Assembly: GCA_965261545.1 (NCBI GenBank)
Contig: CBDHDF010000006.1
Coordinates: forward strand, 96,001 to 160,000
Reading direction: 5' to 3'
Length of the DNA stretch: 64,000 nucleotides
DNA from: Bdellovibrionales bacterium
Lineage (GTDB): Bacteria; Bdellovibrionota; Bdellovibrionia; Bdellovibrionales; UBA1609
Each line of letters starts with the position of its first letter. Position 1 is the first letter of the stretch. Below are positions 1 through 8,796 of this stretch, in pieces. The notes below the pieces were generated by a model. It searched no databases and was not told the origin of the DNA. It saw only the letters and a program-made list of their open reading frames with translations. The position numbers and the translations under genes were made by a program.

Positions 1-735
1 GGCTTTTGCCGATTCGGTTCTCCAACTTTCTTTTCCTTCAATGTTGAGGGTTTCACAGTTGTGAATAATTCGATCAACAGCAGCAGCGGTGGTAATAGGG
101 TTAAGAAACACCTTATCCCATTCAGAGTAAGTTAAGTTTGTAGTGATCATGAGACTTTTCCTTTCATATCGCTGAGATATGAATTGAAAGAAAAGATCAG
201 CACCCTCTGTGCAGGAAGCTGTATAGCCAAGTTCATCACAAGCAATAAGATCAAAACGGTCTAATTTCTTAAAAAGAGCATTCAATGAGAGTTCTTTCTT
301 GCTTTCACGCATTGTTTCAATAAGTTCATGAGTGGTGACCCATAAACATCGATAGCCTTGTTCACAGAGTGAACGAACTAGGGACATGGCCAAATGACTT
401 TTCCCCATTCCAAAGCTTCCGTAAAACACAACATTACAGGCTTTTCTGACCCACTCTCCCTCTGCCATCCAATTAATTTGCTGAGCTGTCACTCCCGTTC
501 TTTTCTGGAAGTTATAAGTTTGGAGTGATTTAAGTTGAGGAAGCTTGGCCCCCTTAAGCAATCTTTTCACTCTCTGGGAATGCTTGTCAGCAAGCTCATT
601 TTGAACGAGTATACCTAAATACTGTTCATACGTCTTTTTTGTTTTTTCGGCAACTCTAGCCGTTGCAACATATTCATCCGCCATCGCTGGAAGTCGGAGT
701 TTTTTAAGAGAACCTATAAGTTCTTCGTGATTCAT
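1..735 (-). CDS. istB: IS21 helper ATPase IstB (runs off window start)
   Basis: Manual translation from ATG 735, overlapping the istA stop: MNHEELIGSLKKLRLPAM... Walker A GSFGMGKSH, Walker B LIACDELGY, SQRYERKSLMITTNL, AAVDRIIH. Confidence 0.92.
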   Translation of the reverse strand, partial: MNHEELIGSLKKLRLPAMADEYVATARVAEKTKKTYEQYLGILVQNELADKHSQRVKRLLKGAKLPQLKSLQTYNFQKRTGVTAQQINWMAEGEWVRKACNVVFYGSFGMGKSHLAMSLVRSLCEQGYRCLWVTTHELIETMRESKKELSLNALFKKLDRFDLIACDELGYTASCTEGADLFFQFISQRYERKSLMITTNLTYSEWDKVFLNPITTAAAVDRIIHNCETLNIEGKESWRTESAKA

Positions 736-2201
736 TAAGAACCTCCTATGTTTGGAACAAGACTGTCATATTGAGACAATCTAGGTTGAAGTGGTTTTTG
801 TTGGTCATTCAAATTAATTTTGGTGGGATTGCCTAAGAGCAAATCTTTTATGGATTTAAAGTCGAAAATCTCACGACTTTCTAATTGAAGCTCCATGGCT
901 GTAGATAAGTCCTGCCAACTCACATGCTGAATCAAGTTGATAACTCTTAAATATTCATGCTCGGCACGGCTTGAATCTTGTTGCTTGAGGTATTGATAAA
1001 AATTTTCAAACACATTTGTTGGAAAAAGAATGGATCGGTGAGCCCATCTTACCATGGCTTGCGGCTTACGAACTAAAGAGGGAAGGATATGTTCAAGAAG
1101 AAGACTATGCTCCCCATCAGGTTTTCTTTGATGGCGAGCGACAATTTCTTGCTTCCCTCCTGCACGATAGATCGTGACATGATAGGGACCCTGTACGGTT
1201 TTACAGGGAGATTGGATCACCTCATCAGGTATGGAATATGTGGTTTTACCTATTCTCAAAGTCCCATAACCATTACTTTGACAAATATTCACCTTACAGA
1301 GAATATCTTCATCTCGTGGAGGCAAAGGCTTAAGAACTTTGGCCTCCTCCTCAAAGCGAGATTTGGTGGAGTCACTCTGATGCTGATCCATATAAGACTC
1401 TAAAAACTGATTCAAATGATCCCAGTCTTTAAAAACAATTCCTTTGTTTCTAACAATATTTTTTATCCGAGAACTGAAGGTTCGAATATCACGCTCCACA
1501 TCTCCCTTGTCAGAGCCCTTCCCTGCGCGGCAGGGAAGAACCTTAAATCCATAGTATTGGATGGCTCGATCAAAAGATTGGGTGTAAATTCGCTGATTTC
1601 CTTTAAGAACTTTCTTCACACAGGGAGATAAATTATCAATACGGATGTTCGCACTCATCCCACCTATCTTTTCAAAAAAAGCATGCACCCCATCGATGAA
1701 ACACTCATAGACAAGAAAGGGGTAGGCACGAACCCAACAGGTGCCACTACAAGGCAATGTTCCAAAATGGAGATGAACGATCTGAACACCATCGGCAAAT
1801 GGTAAAGCAACCTTCTCCTTAAAATCAAACTGAGCCTGTTCTCCAGGATCATATCTTTGGCTGAAAAAACGCTCCTTGGGGCGAGAACCAAGAATCTCAC
1901 AAACTCTTCTCTGAACCGTTCTCTCACTCCCACGATAACCCTCCTCAACTAATAGCTCATATATTTCACGGGCGGTGTTACTTGGGTTCAACTTCAAAAA
2001 GTACTTCACCCGATCCATATATCCATTAAGGGGATCTGGGCGAGTTCTTTTGGACCTCGCCTTGTACTTCGGTGGGGTGTTGGACTCACAGTACTTGCGC
2101 ACCGTCTTACGATTGATCCCTAATTCACGAGATATTTCTGTCTTATTTTTACCACTGTGACTCAGGTCACGAATGCGGCCGAAAGTGTATTGACTAATCA
2201 T
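735..2201 (-). CDS. istA: IS21 transposase IstA
   Basis: N-terminal HTH (ISRELGINRKTVRKY), PGEQAQFDF, DN motif, KGDVER. ATG 2201 has a GAGGAGG RBS; an in-frame ATG at 2330 is an alternative start. Confidence 0.93.
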   Translation of the reverse strand: MISQYTFGRIRDLSHSGKNKTEISRELGINRKTVRKYCESNTPPKYKARSKRTRPDPLNGYMDRVKYFLKLNPSNTAREIYELLVEEGYRGSERTVQRRVCEILGSRPKERFFSQRYDPGEQAQFDFKEKVALPFADGVQIVHLHFGTLPCSGTCWVRAYPFLVYECFIDGVHAFFEKIGGMSANIRIDNLSPCVKKVLKGNQRIYTQSFDRAIQYYGFKVLPCRAGKGSDKGDVERDIRTFSSRIKNIVRNKGIVFKDWDHLNQFLESYMDQHQSDSTKSRFEEEAKVLKPLPPRDEDILCKVNICQSNGYGTLRIGKTTYSIPDEVIQSPCKTVQGPYHVTIYRAGGKQEIVARHQRKPDGEHSLLLEHILPSLVRKPQAMVRWAHRSILFPTNVFENFYQYLKQQDSSRAEHEYLRVINLIQHVSWQDLSTAMELQLESREIFDFKSIKDLLLGNPTKINLNDQQKPLQPRLSQYDSLVPNIGGS

Positions 2202-2326
2202 AAGATCCTCCTCATTGCTAACCTTTTGAGTTGCAAAAGGGAGGGACTCTGTGAGCTTAGTATCTATATCAGAAGAAGAGACTTCATTGTCTAGTATTTG
2301 AACACTCCCTGAAGATTGGTCACTTT

Positions 2327-2701
2327 TCATTGGCGACAACCTCCATATTGAAAGTGGGACATTTTAATTGGCGACGGCTTTAAGGGAAGCCTGTCTTCAG
2401 AAAGAAATTCCATGAAAATTGAGGCAAATGTTGGAATCTTGTGGAATTTAAATACTTTAGAAAATGGGCACAGCCTAAACAGGCTTTTCTTGACTATATA
2501 TTTAACCTCATTGAAATCCAGAAACAGTCTACAAAGGAGAAATATGGAACCTGAATAGGCTGTCATGGAAGGACTCTCCAACACGGAGCCCCTTTCCAGG
2601 TCGACAAGAACCCAAAAGGAGTTCTTATCAGCTCGGAGCCTTTTTATGAGTAATATCAATTGATTATATGCGTCTCGGTTGACAATGCCAAAAATCACCA
2701 T
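2327..2701 (-). CDS. Hypothetical 124-aa ORF inside the IS21 left end
   Basis: GAGGAGG RBS just upstream of the ATG; stop overlaps the alternative istA ATG (ATGA); no recognisable domain. Confidence 0.4.
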   Translation of the reverse strand: MVIFGIVNRDAYNQLILLIKRLRADKNSFWVLVDLERGSVLESPSMTAYSGSIFLLCRLFLDFNEVKYIVKKSLFRLCPFSKVFKFHKIPTFASIFMEFLSEDRLPLKPSPIKMSHFQYGGCRQ

Positions 2702-2768
2702 AGGTCCTCCTCTGAAAAGTGGCCACTTTTCATTGGCGACGGTGGGGCATTTTAATTGTCAGCTAACA

Positions 2769-3012
2769 CTAGGCTTTGTTTGAGGCGAACATCTGTCCAA
2801 TTCACCTTGGATGACCATGGGGCTTGGTAGGGCCCATGCGACCCCTTTGAGCGGCTGTTAGGGCCTCCGGGACTATCCTTCACATACTTCTTCACAGTGT
2901 TCCGACTAACACCCATAGCTCGAGCTATTTGTCTCGAACTGAGTCCAAGCTCTATGTATTTCTTAATATTGTTGATCATTCTTGCTCCTTTTTTCTTACC
3001 TTGTTTGCCCAT
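2769..3012 (-). pseudogene. istA: 5' fragment of a second IS21 IstA, interrupted by element A
   Basis: HTH LSSRQIARAMGVSRNTVKKY, GAGGAGG RBS; coding sequence stops at the 2768 IS end. Confidence 0.8.
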
Positions 3013-3063
3013 AGACACCTCCTCGTTAATGCGTAGCGCAGAAAGAATATCTATGAAGATCTA

Positions 3064-3164
3064 AGTGGGTCAATGTTTGGTGAAATTCAGTGGGTCAAAC
3101 TTCGTGAAATTGGGTGGGTCAAACCAGGTGAAATTGGGTGGGTCAAACTAGGTGAAATTTTGCA
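3064..3164 (-). repeat. Left-end repeat array of IS21 element B (4 x ~23 bp)
   Basis: GTGGGTCAAAC..GGTGAAATT repeated 4 times; ends TGCAAAATTTCACC on the minus strand, directly upstream of the istA fragment. Confidence 0.85.
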
Positions 3165-3217
3165 AAATAGCTTAACGCAGAGGCAGAGGGGTGTGGTGGC
3201 TTAAGGAAACGGCATTG
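3165..3217 (+). mobile_element. Right end of an IS4-family element
   Basis: CTTAAGGAAACGGCATTG (3200-3217) is the exact reverse complement of the IS4 left IR at 59145-59162. Confidence 0.8.
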
Positions 3218-3314
3218 ATTCAGGGGGGCATGAGTTTACAGAGAGAGATTTATATTTTCTCTGGTAAGAAGGAGCAATTTACCTCTTGAACTCTGCTACC
3301 CCCTGAACAGTTAC
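3218..3314. repeat. Mini inverted-repeat element, left end cut by IS4
   Basis: ATTCAGGGGG ... CCCCCTGAACAGTTAC imperfect inverted repeat. Confidence 0.5.
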
Positions 3315-3714
3315 GTGATATTATCACTTTGGATGAGCTAACTGCACAATCAGACGTTAAGTGTTGATTTTTAGGTAATTGGTCAAAAGAAAGTAATAAA
3401 GTCACATGAAACTCTGTTTAAATGGCTTTGATGTGAGATTCGCTTGTTATTATTACTTTTCTTTAACCAGTTCACAATATGCAGGCTACAAGTGGTTCTG
3501 AGAACCAATTATGATTGGTTAATAAAACAGCATAATCAAAAATATGGTCAGAATAAAAACAGAAATGACGCGGTTTTTTTTGGTCTAAATAAAGTATCGT
3601 ATAACACCAGCCCTTTTGAGAGACCTTTCATAGCTTCTTCTGATCCGCCCATCGGGGCTCTCCTCGCATCAACGAAAAAAGGGGCCGTCGTTACCATCTT
3701 TTACCCTAATTTTA

Positions 3715-3915
3715 CCATAAAATGCTTTGGGGGAAAATTCTTTCTTGTTGGTGATAGTGGTATTATTGCGGTGGTTCGGATCACAAAAAGACCTTGTTTT
3801 TCAGCCTTGCTGTGAGAGCCCTCTGGCCTTTAAATAGCTATGGCACCGTAAATCGTCTTGTCTTTGCGCTCTGGAAACATATTTCTAAACATTTTGAGCT
3901 TGTCTATAAAGACGA
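3715..3915 (-). pseudogene. Frameshifted C-terminal remnant of a DUF3782-like / PD-(D/E)XK-fold protein
   Basis: Manual translation across frameshifts: FIDKLKMFRNMFPERKDKTIYGAIA..YLKA..QGLF..NNTTITNKKEFSPKAF. Confidence 0.5.
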
Positions 3916-3927
3916 GGTACAAATACA

Positions 3928-3979
3928 GTAACCTTCATGGGGGCGCCTTGCTTCCCCACCCACGCCCATGAATGTTACC
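3928..3979. repeat. 52-bp hairpin mini-element with flanking direct repeat
   Basis: GTAACCTTCATGGG / CCCATGAATGTTAC inverted repeat, with AAATACA on both sides. Confidence 0.6.
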
Positions 3980-4003
3980 AAATACAAAGCTCCTTTATCC
4001 TTC

Positions 4004-5200
4004 CTATTCCCTCCTAGCGAAGATAGTTAGCTTGAGTTCTTCACCGACCATGGTGTAAATGGGGCATTGGCCACTTAGCTCCTTGCTTTCATCAAGAATA
4101 ATACCCACACCCTCCCCCCGGCGCTCTAAAAAGTATTTCCTACTTACGGTTTGCCCCATAGAGTGATTTAAGGAGATTTCAGATAGTAAGCGAGACAAGA
4201 GTTCATTGCGAGTGACCTGATTATAAGGCAAGGTCTCGATAGTTAAAGTATTGGCCAATGAGCCAGGCGAATGGATTTCTAGCCTGTCAGAAAAGATAAA
4301 TAAACGTATCTTTGATCCATATTTAGAGTAATCTCTATGTACAACAGCATTAACAATAGCCTCAAAAACAGCTCTCATACTATATTGTGGTCTCTCACTT
4401 CTTCCGATTTCTTTGTGTGCTGATATTTGATTGTATTTCTCTACAAACTTAAAAGCATCCATAATTTGAATGTCCAAGGGTCCATTGAAGTCTTTGGCAT
4501 CTAACTGATAATTGGCATCCTTGGTTATTCCATTATAGTAAACAGCCTGAATAAAACTGTTATTAAGATACCTTTCGGGACTCTGACAACTCATCAAAAT
4601 GCCAGCAACAGAGGCTCGATACTCTCCATTCTGATGGACGAGGAGTCGACGTTTACGAAGAGATAATAGGGGATCAGAGTCTCCATCATATCGTATAAAC
4701 CGTCTGTAATAATCTAGGTAAAGTGTACGAATATCTGTTTGAGGAACGGCCTGTTCATCAAAGGCGATCACTCTTGCTTGGGAACGGCTTTGCATCAATC
4801 GCGCCAATTGTTCCGTTGGCATCTCCCTCTTACTACTTCCTTGGCGTATAAAGTAACCATTTGGTGATTTATGGACAAAAAGACTTTGTGGAACCTCAAT
4901 TTTTAGTAAATGTTTATTGTTAATAGTTAGTTTTTCTGTTTGAATACTCACGGTGGGTTCTAAACTATCTTGACAGACTTCAATGACAGTTTTTTCGTCT
5001 GTATTTAATTTTCTACGATCCATGCCAATGATTTCGCCACTATCATCCACACCTACAAGTATCACTCCACCTTTGGCATTTGCAAAAGCTGCAATTTCAT
5101 TGGCTAAGGATTCTCTTCTTGGTAAATCGACTTTAAACTCCACAGTGGAGTCTTCACCAAGACCTATTTTTTCTATGATTTCAGATAGACTATCCAGCAT
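4004..5200 (-). CDS. Schlafen/AlbA_2 domain + HATPase_c_4 (RecG C-terminal-like) protein
   Basis: GEDSTVEFK, IAAFANAKGGVILVGVDD, EAIVNAVVHRDY, IHSPG, ERRGEGV. ATG 5200 overlaps the upstream stop. Confidence 0.85.
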   Translation of the reverse strand: MLDSLSEIIEKIGLGEDSTVEFKVDLPRRESLANEIAAFANAKGGVILVGVDDSGEIIGMDRRKLNTDEKTVIEVCQDSLEPTVSIQTEKLTINNKHLLKIEVPQSLFVHKSPNGYFIRQGSSKREMPTEQLARLMQSRSQARVIAFDEQAVPQTDIRTLYLDYYRRFIRYDGDSDPLLSLRKRRLLVHQNGEYRASVAGILMSCQSPERYLNNSFIQAVYYNGITKDANYQLDAKDFNGPLDIQIMDAFKFVEKYNQISAHKEIGRSERPQYSMRAVFEAIVNAVVHRDYSKYGSKIRLFIFSDRLEIHSPGSLANTLTIETLPYNQVTRNELLSRLLSEISLNHSMGQTVSRKYFLERRGEGVGIILDESKELSGQCPIYTMVGEELKLTIFARRE

Positions 5201-7985
5201 CGTTTGTTCCCAAGTGAATACGCTTGTATCTTTGTTCAAAAGCGATTGCTCCCCCTTCGAGAACATTACATATTTTTTTTCTAATGGACTTATCTTGAAT
5301 ACTTTCGGGATTGTCTAGGTGAGATTCACCCTCTCTGACTGTAAGAGGCAATACTAACTCGGCATTGCCGTTAACTACAATATTAGCATTGTGGGTCACC
5401 ACAATAATTTGCCTCTGAGATTTTGTCTCGCACAACTGTTTAACAATTAAATCGTAAATCAGTTCATTGTCAAGGTCGTCTTCGGGTTGATCCAAAAGCA
5501 AAGGCTCCCTTCCATAGGATAAAATAAAAGCTAAAAGTGCCGCTGTCTTTTGACCTGGAGACCCCTGTTGGATATTTTGTGGGCGATGATCCTTGTTTCG
5601 ATGATCCTTGTGTCTATCCTTTTCCTTTGTGGTATGAAAGGTGATACTTAAGGAGTCTTCTGGGAACCAACATTCTAAGTCACTAATGGATTCTTGGGGA
5701 AGATTTTTTATACGGTTCTGAAAGCGGTTACTAAAATGATTATTAGAATAATTATGGAAACATTTTTGAGATTTGTTAGAACGCTTATCTATCGACTCTT
5801 CACCTTCTTGAAAAAGATTGGACAAGACCTTTTTGATTTCTTCAAAGAAGACCTCACATTCTGAATCAGAGTATATTTTCTTTAGCAATTCAAAATCTCC
5901 ATCAAAAGTATTTTGGCACTGAATTAATTCTCTCAATTCTATTGCAATATCTGACCAAATTTGACCAAATGGTTTGATTTCGATATTCACAGATGAGTGA
6001 CCTTTTGAAATCGACTTGAGAAATAATTTCCGGTTTTCTGTTAAATTCTTTCTATTCTTAAATATATCTTGCAACACTTGCTTACTCTCTTGACTCATTT
6101 TTTGTAAAGACTGAGAAAGTTCAGAGATTTGACCCAGCTCTTTCTGATAAACTCCATATTGTTCCAACAGTTGGGGGTATTTAGACAAGTCGATGCCCTG
6201 TTGGCTCAAACTATGTTCTAAATTTTTGTACTCTTCTATGTCTTCTTTTAATTTTTGCATCCATGGTGATTTTATTTCTTTTTCTTTCCATTTACTCAGA
6301 AAATCTTGAGCCTCTCGGATGAGATTTTCTAATTGATTAGAAACTTTTTCGAATGGATAGTGGTCTTGAATTTCCTTTAAAATATTGTCATGATCCTTAA
6401 ATAATTTCTTATCAAATGGCACAGGGTTGATGTCTTTCTTTGTCTTTTCCAAGGAGGAAACGGTCTGTTTCCAAGAGTCTTTCAAACCCTCAATAACAGA
6501 CAACTGTCTTTGACGTAGACGGTATCTCTCCAATATTTCTTTATGGCCAGATTTTTCAATCTCTTCTATTTTTCTTTGAGTATGGATAAGCTGCCCACTC
6601 CATTCATCCTTTTTCAATATCTTGTCATTGATTTCTTTAGACTTTTGTTTCAACTGTTTGTAGCGATTCATAAGTTCAGTATGTTTTTGCTCCCATTCTT
6701 TATATTTTACTTGAGGGTCTTTATCAATGATACTCAGTAAAGCATCTGGCTTTTGTGCCAAAGAAAATATTTGCTTTTGGCTATAAATATAAACAGGGAA
6801 GAGAGTCTTGATTTCACCATCTTCAACTTTCCACTGCCCTTCTTCTGTCTCAACTTCCAAGGAGCCCATCTCTCCCTTCACTGACCAGTTTAGGCGATAG
6901 CGTGTTTCCCCTTTGCGATAAATAAGTGACAAATGACTATCTTCACATAGCAAATGTTCTTTCTCTATGCCAAAATATTTTTGATTTTCTTCTTTCAAAG
7001 AGTCTGGGATTTCTGACTGCCTTCTTAAGACGAGGCGCATAAACTCCAACAATGTAGATTTACCACTTCCCCGCCCTCCAATAATTGTATTGAGATATGG
7101 ACTCAAAGAAACACAAAAGTCTTGAGCGCGCCCCATATACTTAGCTTCTTTAACTTCCATTTTTTCAATAATAAATTCGGAATGATCACGAAGATCTGCT
7201 TTGATATGGTTGGGGTGTGCGACAGAACCTAAGTGTATTAAAGAGCCACCATCTGTCAGTGCCAGTTTTAAACCTTCAATGGAGGCTTGACTCATTTTGA
7301 TCCAAGTAAATAAGTGCTCTCGGTCTTTTAAATACTTTTTATCCTTTTGTTCCAAGCTATGAATATCAGACCCGCGAATCTCCGCCCATCGTATTTTTTC
7401 TTCTTTATAAATTTGTGGTTTAGAGAAATTGAGATCGCACAATTCCATGGCGTCAATTGCAGAGTTCCTCAGAGCTTCTTTAAGTGCTATGCCCTTCAAA
7501 GCTTTCAATAGACCTTTCTCTTTATCAGCATGGGCGGGAATCGGAAGACCACCATGCTCAACAATGATTTTGCTCACATCAGATATAGTTTTTGTTGTTT
7601 CTCCATCTCCTCCCTTTATTTTTTTGTAACCAACAGCTCCCAATAGGAGATCTATGTCACTTGTCCCTTTTGTGGGGTCAAAAATACCCAACATATGAAT
7701 CCCTGAATGAACAGAAATTTCAACTCCTGGAAATAAAACAAGGGGGTGGAAGTAGGGAGGTTTTTTTTCACATTCTTTCAATTCTTCCAAGGCTTCTTTG
7801 AGTTTATCTATCCACTCCCCGCTGTTGTGGTCTGTAATCGCTACGCAATCGATTCGCTTTTCCATGAAATACTGTAGCCAGTGGTGAGGTGTTACCCTTT
7901 TATCTTTAAAATCTTGGGATGCAGGAGTATGAGTATGAAAATCAAAACTCCACCAGCGAGCCCCTGGATACACTCGACCATTCAT
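5190..7985 (-). CDS. PHP phosphoesterase + SMC-like ABC ATPase (TrlF/Ppl-like)
   Basis: DFHTHTPAS, AITDHN, GVEI, PAH, GSDIH; Walker A GGRGSGKST; long coiled coil; SPGQK signature; LLLDQPEDDLD; VTHN. Confidence 0.9.
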   Translation of the reverse strand: MNGRVYPGARWWSFDFHTHTPASQDFKDKRVTPHHWLQYFMEKRIDCVAITDHNSGEWIDKLKEALEELKECEKKPPYFHPLVLFPGVEISVHSGIHMLGIFDPTKGTSDIDLLLGAVGYKKIKGGDGETTKTISDVSKIIVEHGGLPIPAHADKEKGLLKALKGIALKEALRNSAIDAMELCDLNFSKPQIYKEEKIRWAEIRGSDIHSLEQKDKKYLKDREHLFTWIKMSQASIEGLKLALTDGGSLIHLGSVAHPNHIKADLRDHSEFIIEKMEVKEAKYMGRAQDFCVSLSPYLNTIIGGRGSGKSTLLEFMRLVLRRQSEIPDSLKEENQKYFGIEKEHLLCEDSHLSLIYRKGETRYRLNWSVKGEMGSLEVETEEGQWKVEDGEIKTLFPVYIYSQKQIFSLAQKPDALLSIIDKDPQVKYKEWEQKHTELMNRYKQLKQKSKEINDKILKKDEWSGQLIHTQRKIEEIEKSGHKEILERYRLRQRQLSVIEGLKDSWKQTVSSLEKTKKDINPVPFDKKLFKDHDNILKEIQDHYPFEKVSNQLENLIREAQDFLSKWKEKEIKSPWMQKLKEDIEEYKNLEHSLSQQGIDLSKYPQLLEQYGVYQKELGQISELSQSLQKMSQESKQVLQDIFKNRKNLTENRKLFLKSISKGHSSVNIEIKPFGQIWSDIAIELRELIQCQNTFDGDFELLKKIYSDSECEVFFEEIKKVLSNLFQEGEESIDKRSNKSQKCFHNYSNNHFSNRFQNRIKNLPQESISDLECWFPEDSLSITFHTTKEKDRHKDHRNKDHRPQNIQQGSPGQKTAALLAFILSYGREPLLLDQPEDDLDNELIYDLIVKQLCETKSQRQIIVVTHNANIVVNGNAELVLPLTVREGESHLDNPESIQDKSIRKKICNVLEGGAIAFEQRYKRIHLGTNDAG

Positions 7986-8050
7986 TGTGATCTCATTTTT
8001 TTATCATTATGTATATGTATCATCATATTTTTTCCCATGACTTCCTTTCG

Positions 8051-8776
8051 TTAAAAACTAAAATTGTCCCCAAAGTATCGTTCTCTGGCAATGGGGCTAT
8101 TGGCCACCTCTTGGGCCGTCCCCTGAACTTCCACTCGACCCTCTCCCAATATACATACCCTGTCGCAAATTCTAAGTATTTCCCTGACATTGTGATCCGT
8201 GATTAAAATACCTATGCCACGACTCTGAATAAGATTTTTAAGAAGGTTTTTAAGAACATCAACGGCAATGGGGTCAATTCCAGCAAAAGGCTCATCAAGG
8301 AGAAGAAATTTGGGCTGCCCTGCCAAGGATCGAGCGATTTCAACGCGACGCCTTTCTCCCCCAGAAAGGGAATAGCCATAATTATTTGAAATAGGAGTGA
8401 TTTTAAAATCTTCCAACAAACCTTCGAGTTTCTGTTTTCTCTCCGCTCGACTGTAACCGTGGGCTTCAAGGGCCACTAAAATATTTTGACTCACAGTGAG
8501 GCCACGAAACACACTGGCTTCTTGGGGAAGGTAGCCCAAACCCAAGCGTGCTCTTTTGAAAATAGGCATTTGCCCGATATCCACGCCGTCCAAATTCACC
8601 TGCCCTTGGTCGGGTGTAAGCAAGCCAACAACCATATAAAAGCTCGTGGTTTTACCAGCTCCGTTGGGCCCCAATAAACCCACAATCTCACCACTCCTCA
8701 CAGAAAAAGAAACGGAGTGGACAACCTCACGAAGTTTAAATTTTTTTGAAATACCTTGAACTTCTAAAAGGCTCAA
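8051..8776 (-). CDS. lptB: LPS export ABC transporter ATP-binding protein
   Basis: GLLGPNGAGKTTSFYM, YLPQEASVFR, LSGGERRRVEIAR, DEPFAGIDP, TDHNVRE. Confidence 0.95.
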   Translation of the reverse strand: MSLLEVQGISKKFKLREVVHSVSFSVRSGEIVGLLGPNGAGKTTSFYMVVGLLTPDQGQVNLDGVDIGQMPIFKRARLGLGYLPQEASVFRGLTVSQNILVALEAHGYSRAERKQKLEGLLEDFKITPISNNYGYSLSGGERRRVEIARSLAGQPKFLLLDEPFAGIDPIAVDVLKNLLKNLIQSRGIGILITDHNVREILRICDRVCILGEGRVEVQGTAQEVANSPIARERYFGDNFSF

Positions 8777-8796
8777 TCAAAGACCTCCTTAACTTC

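Larger units (their letters stand above)
1..2768 (-). mobile_element. IS21-family element A (left end at 2768, right end outside window)
   Basis: Minus-strand end TGTTAGCTGACAATTAAAATG. ~22-bp repeats at 2317-2337, 2354-2375, 2719-2740 and 2742-2763. Contains istA-istB. Confidence 0.85.

Noticed and set aside
3064..3164. Possible CRISPR array or iterons
   Set aside because: Repeats abut with no spacers and end in a TG terminus upstream of istA, as expected for IS21 ends; no cas or rep genes
3444..3815. 123-aa plus-strand ORF
   Set aside because: No RBS or motif; partly antisense to a recognisable pseudogene remnant
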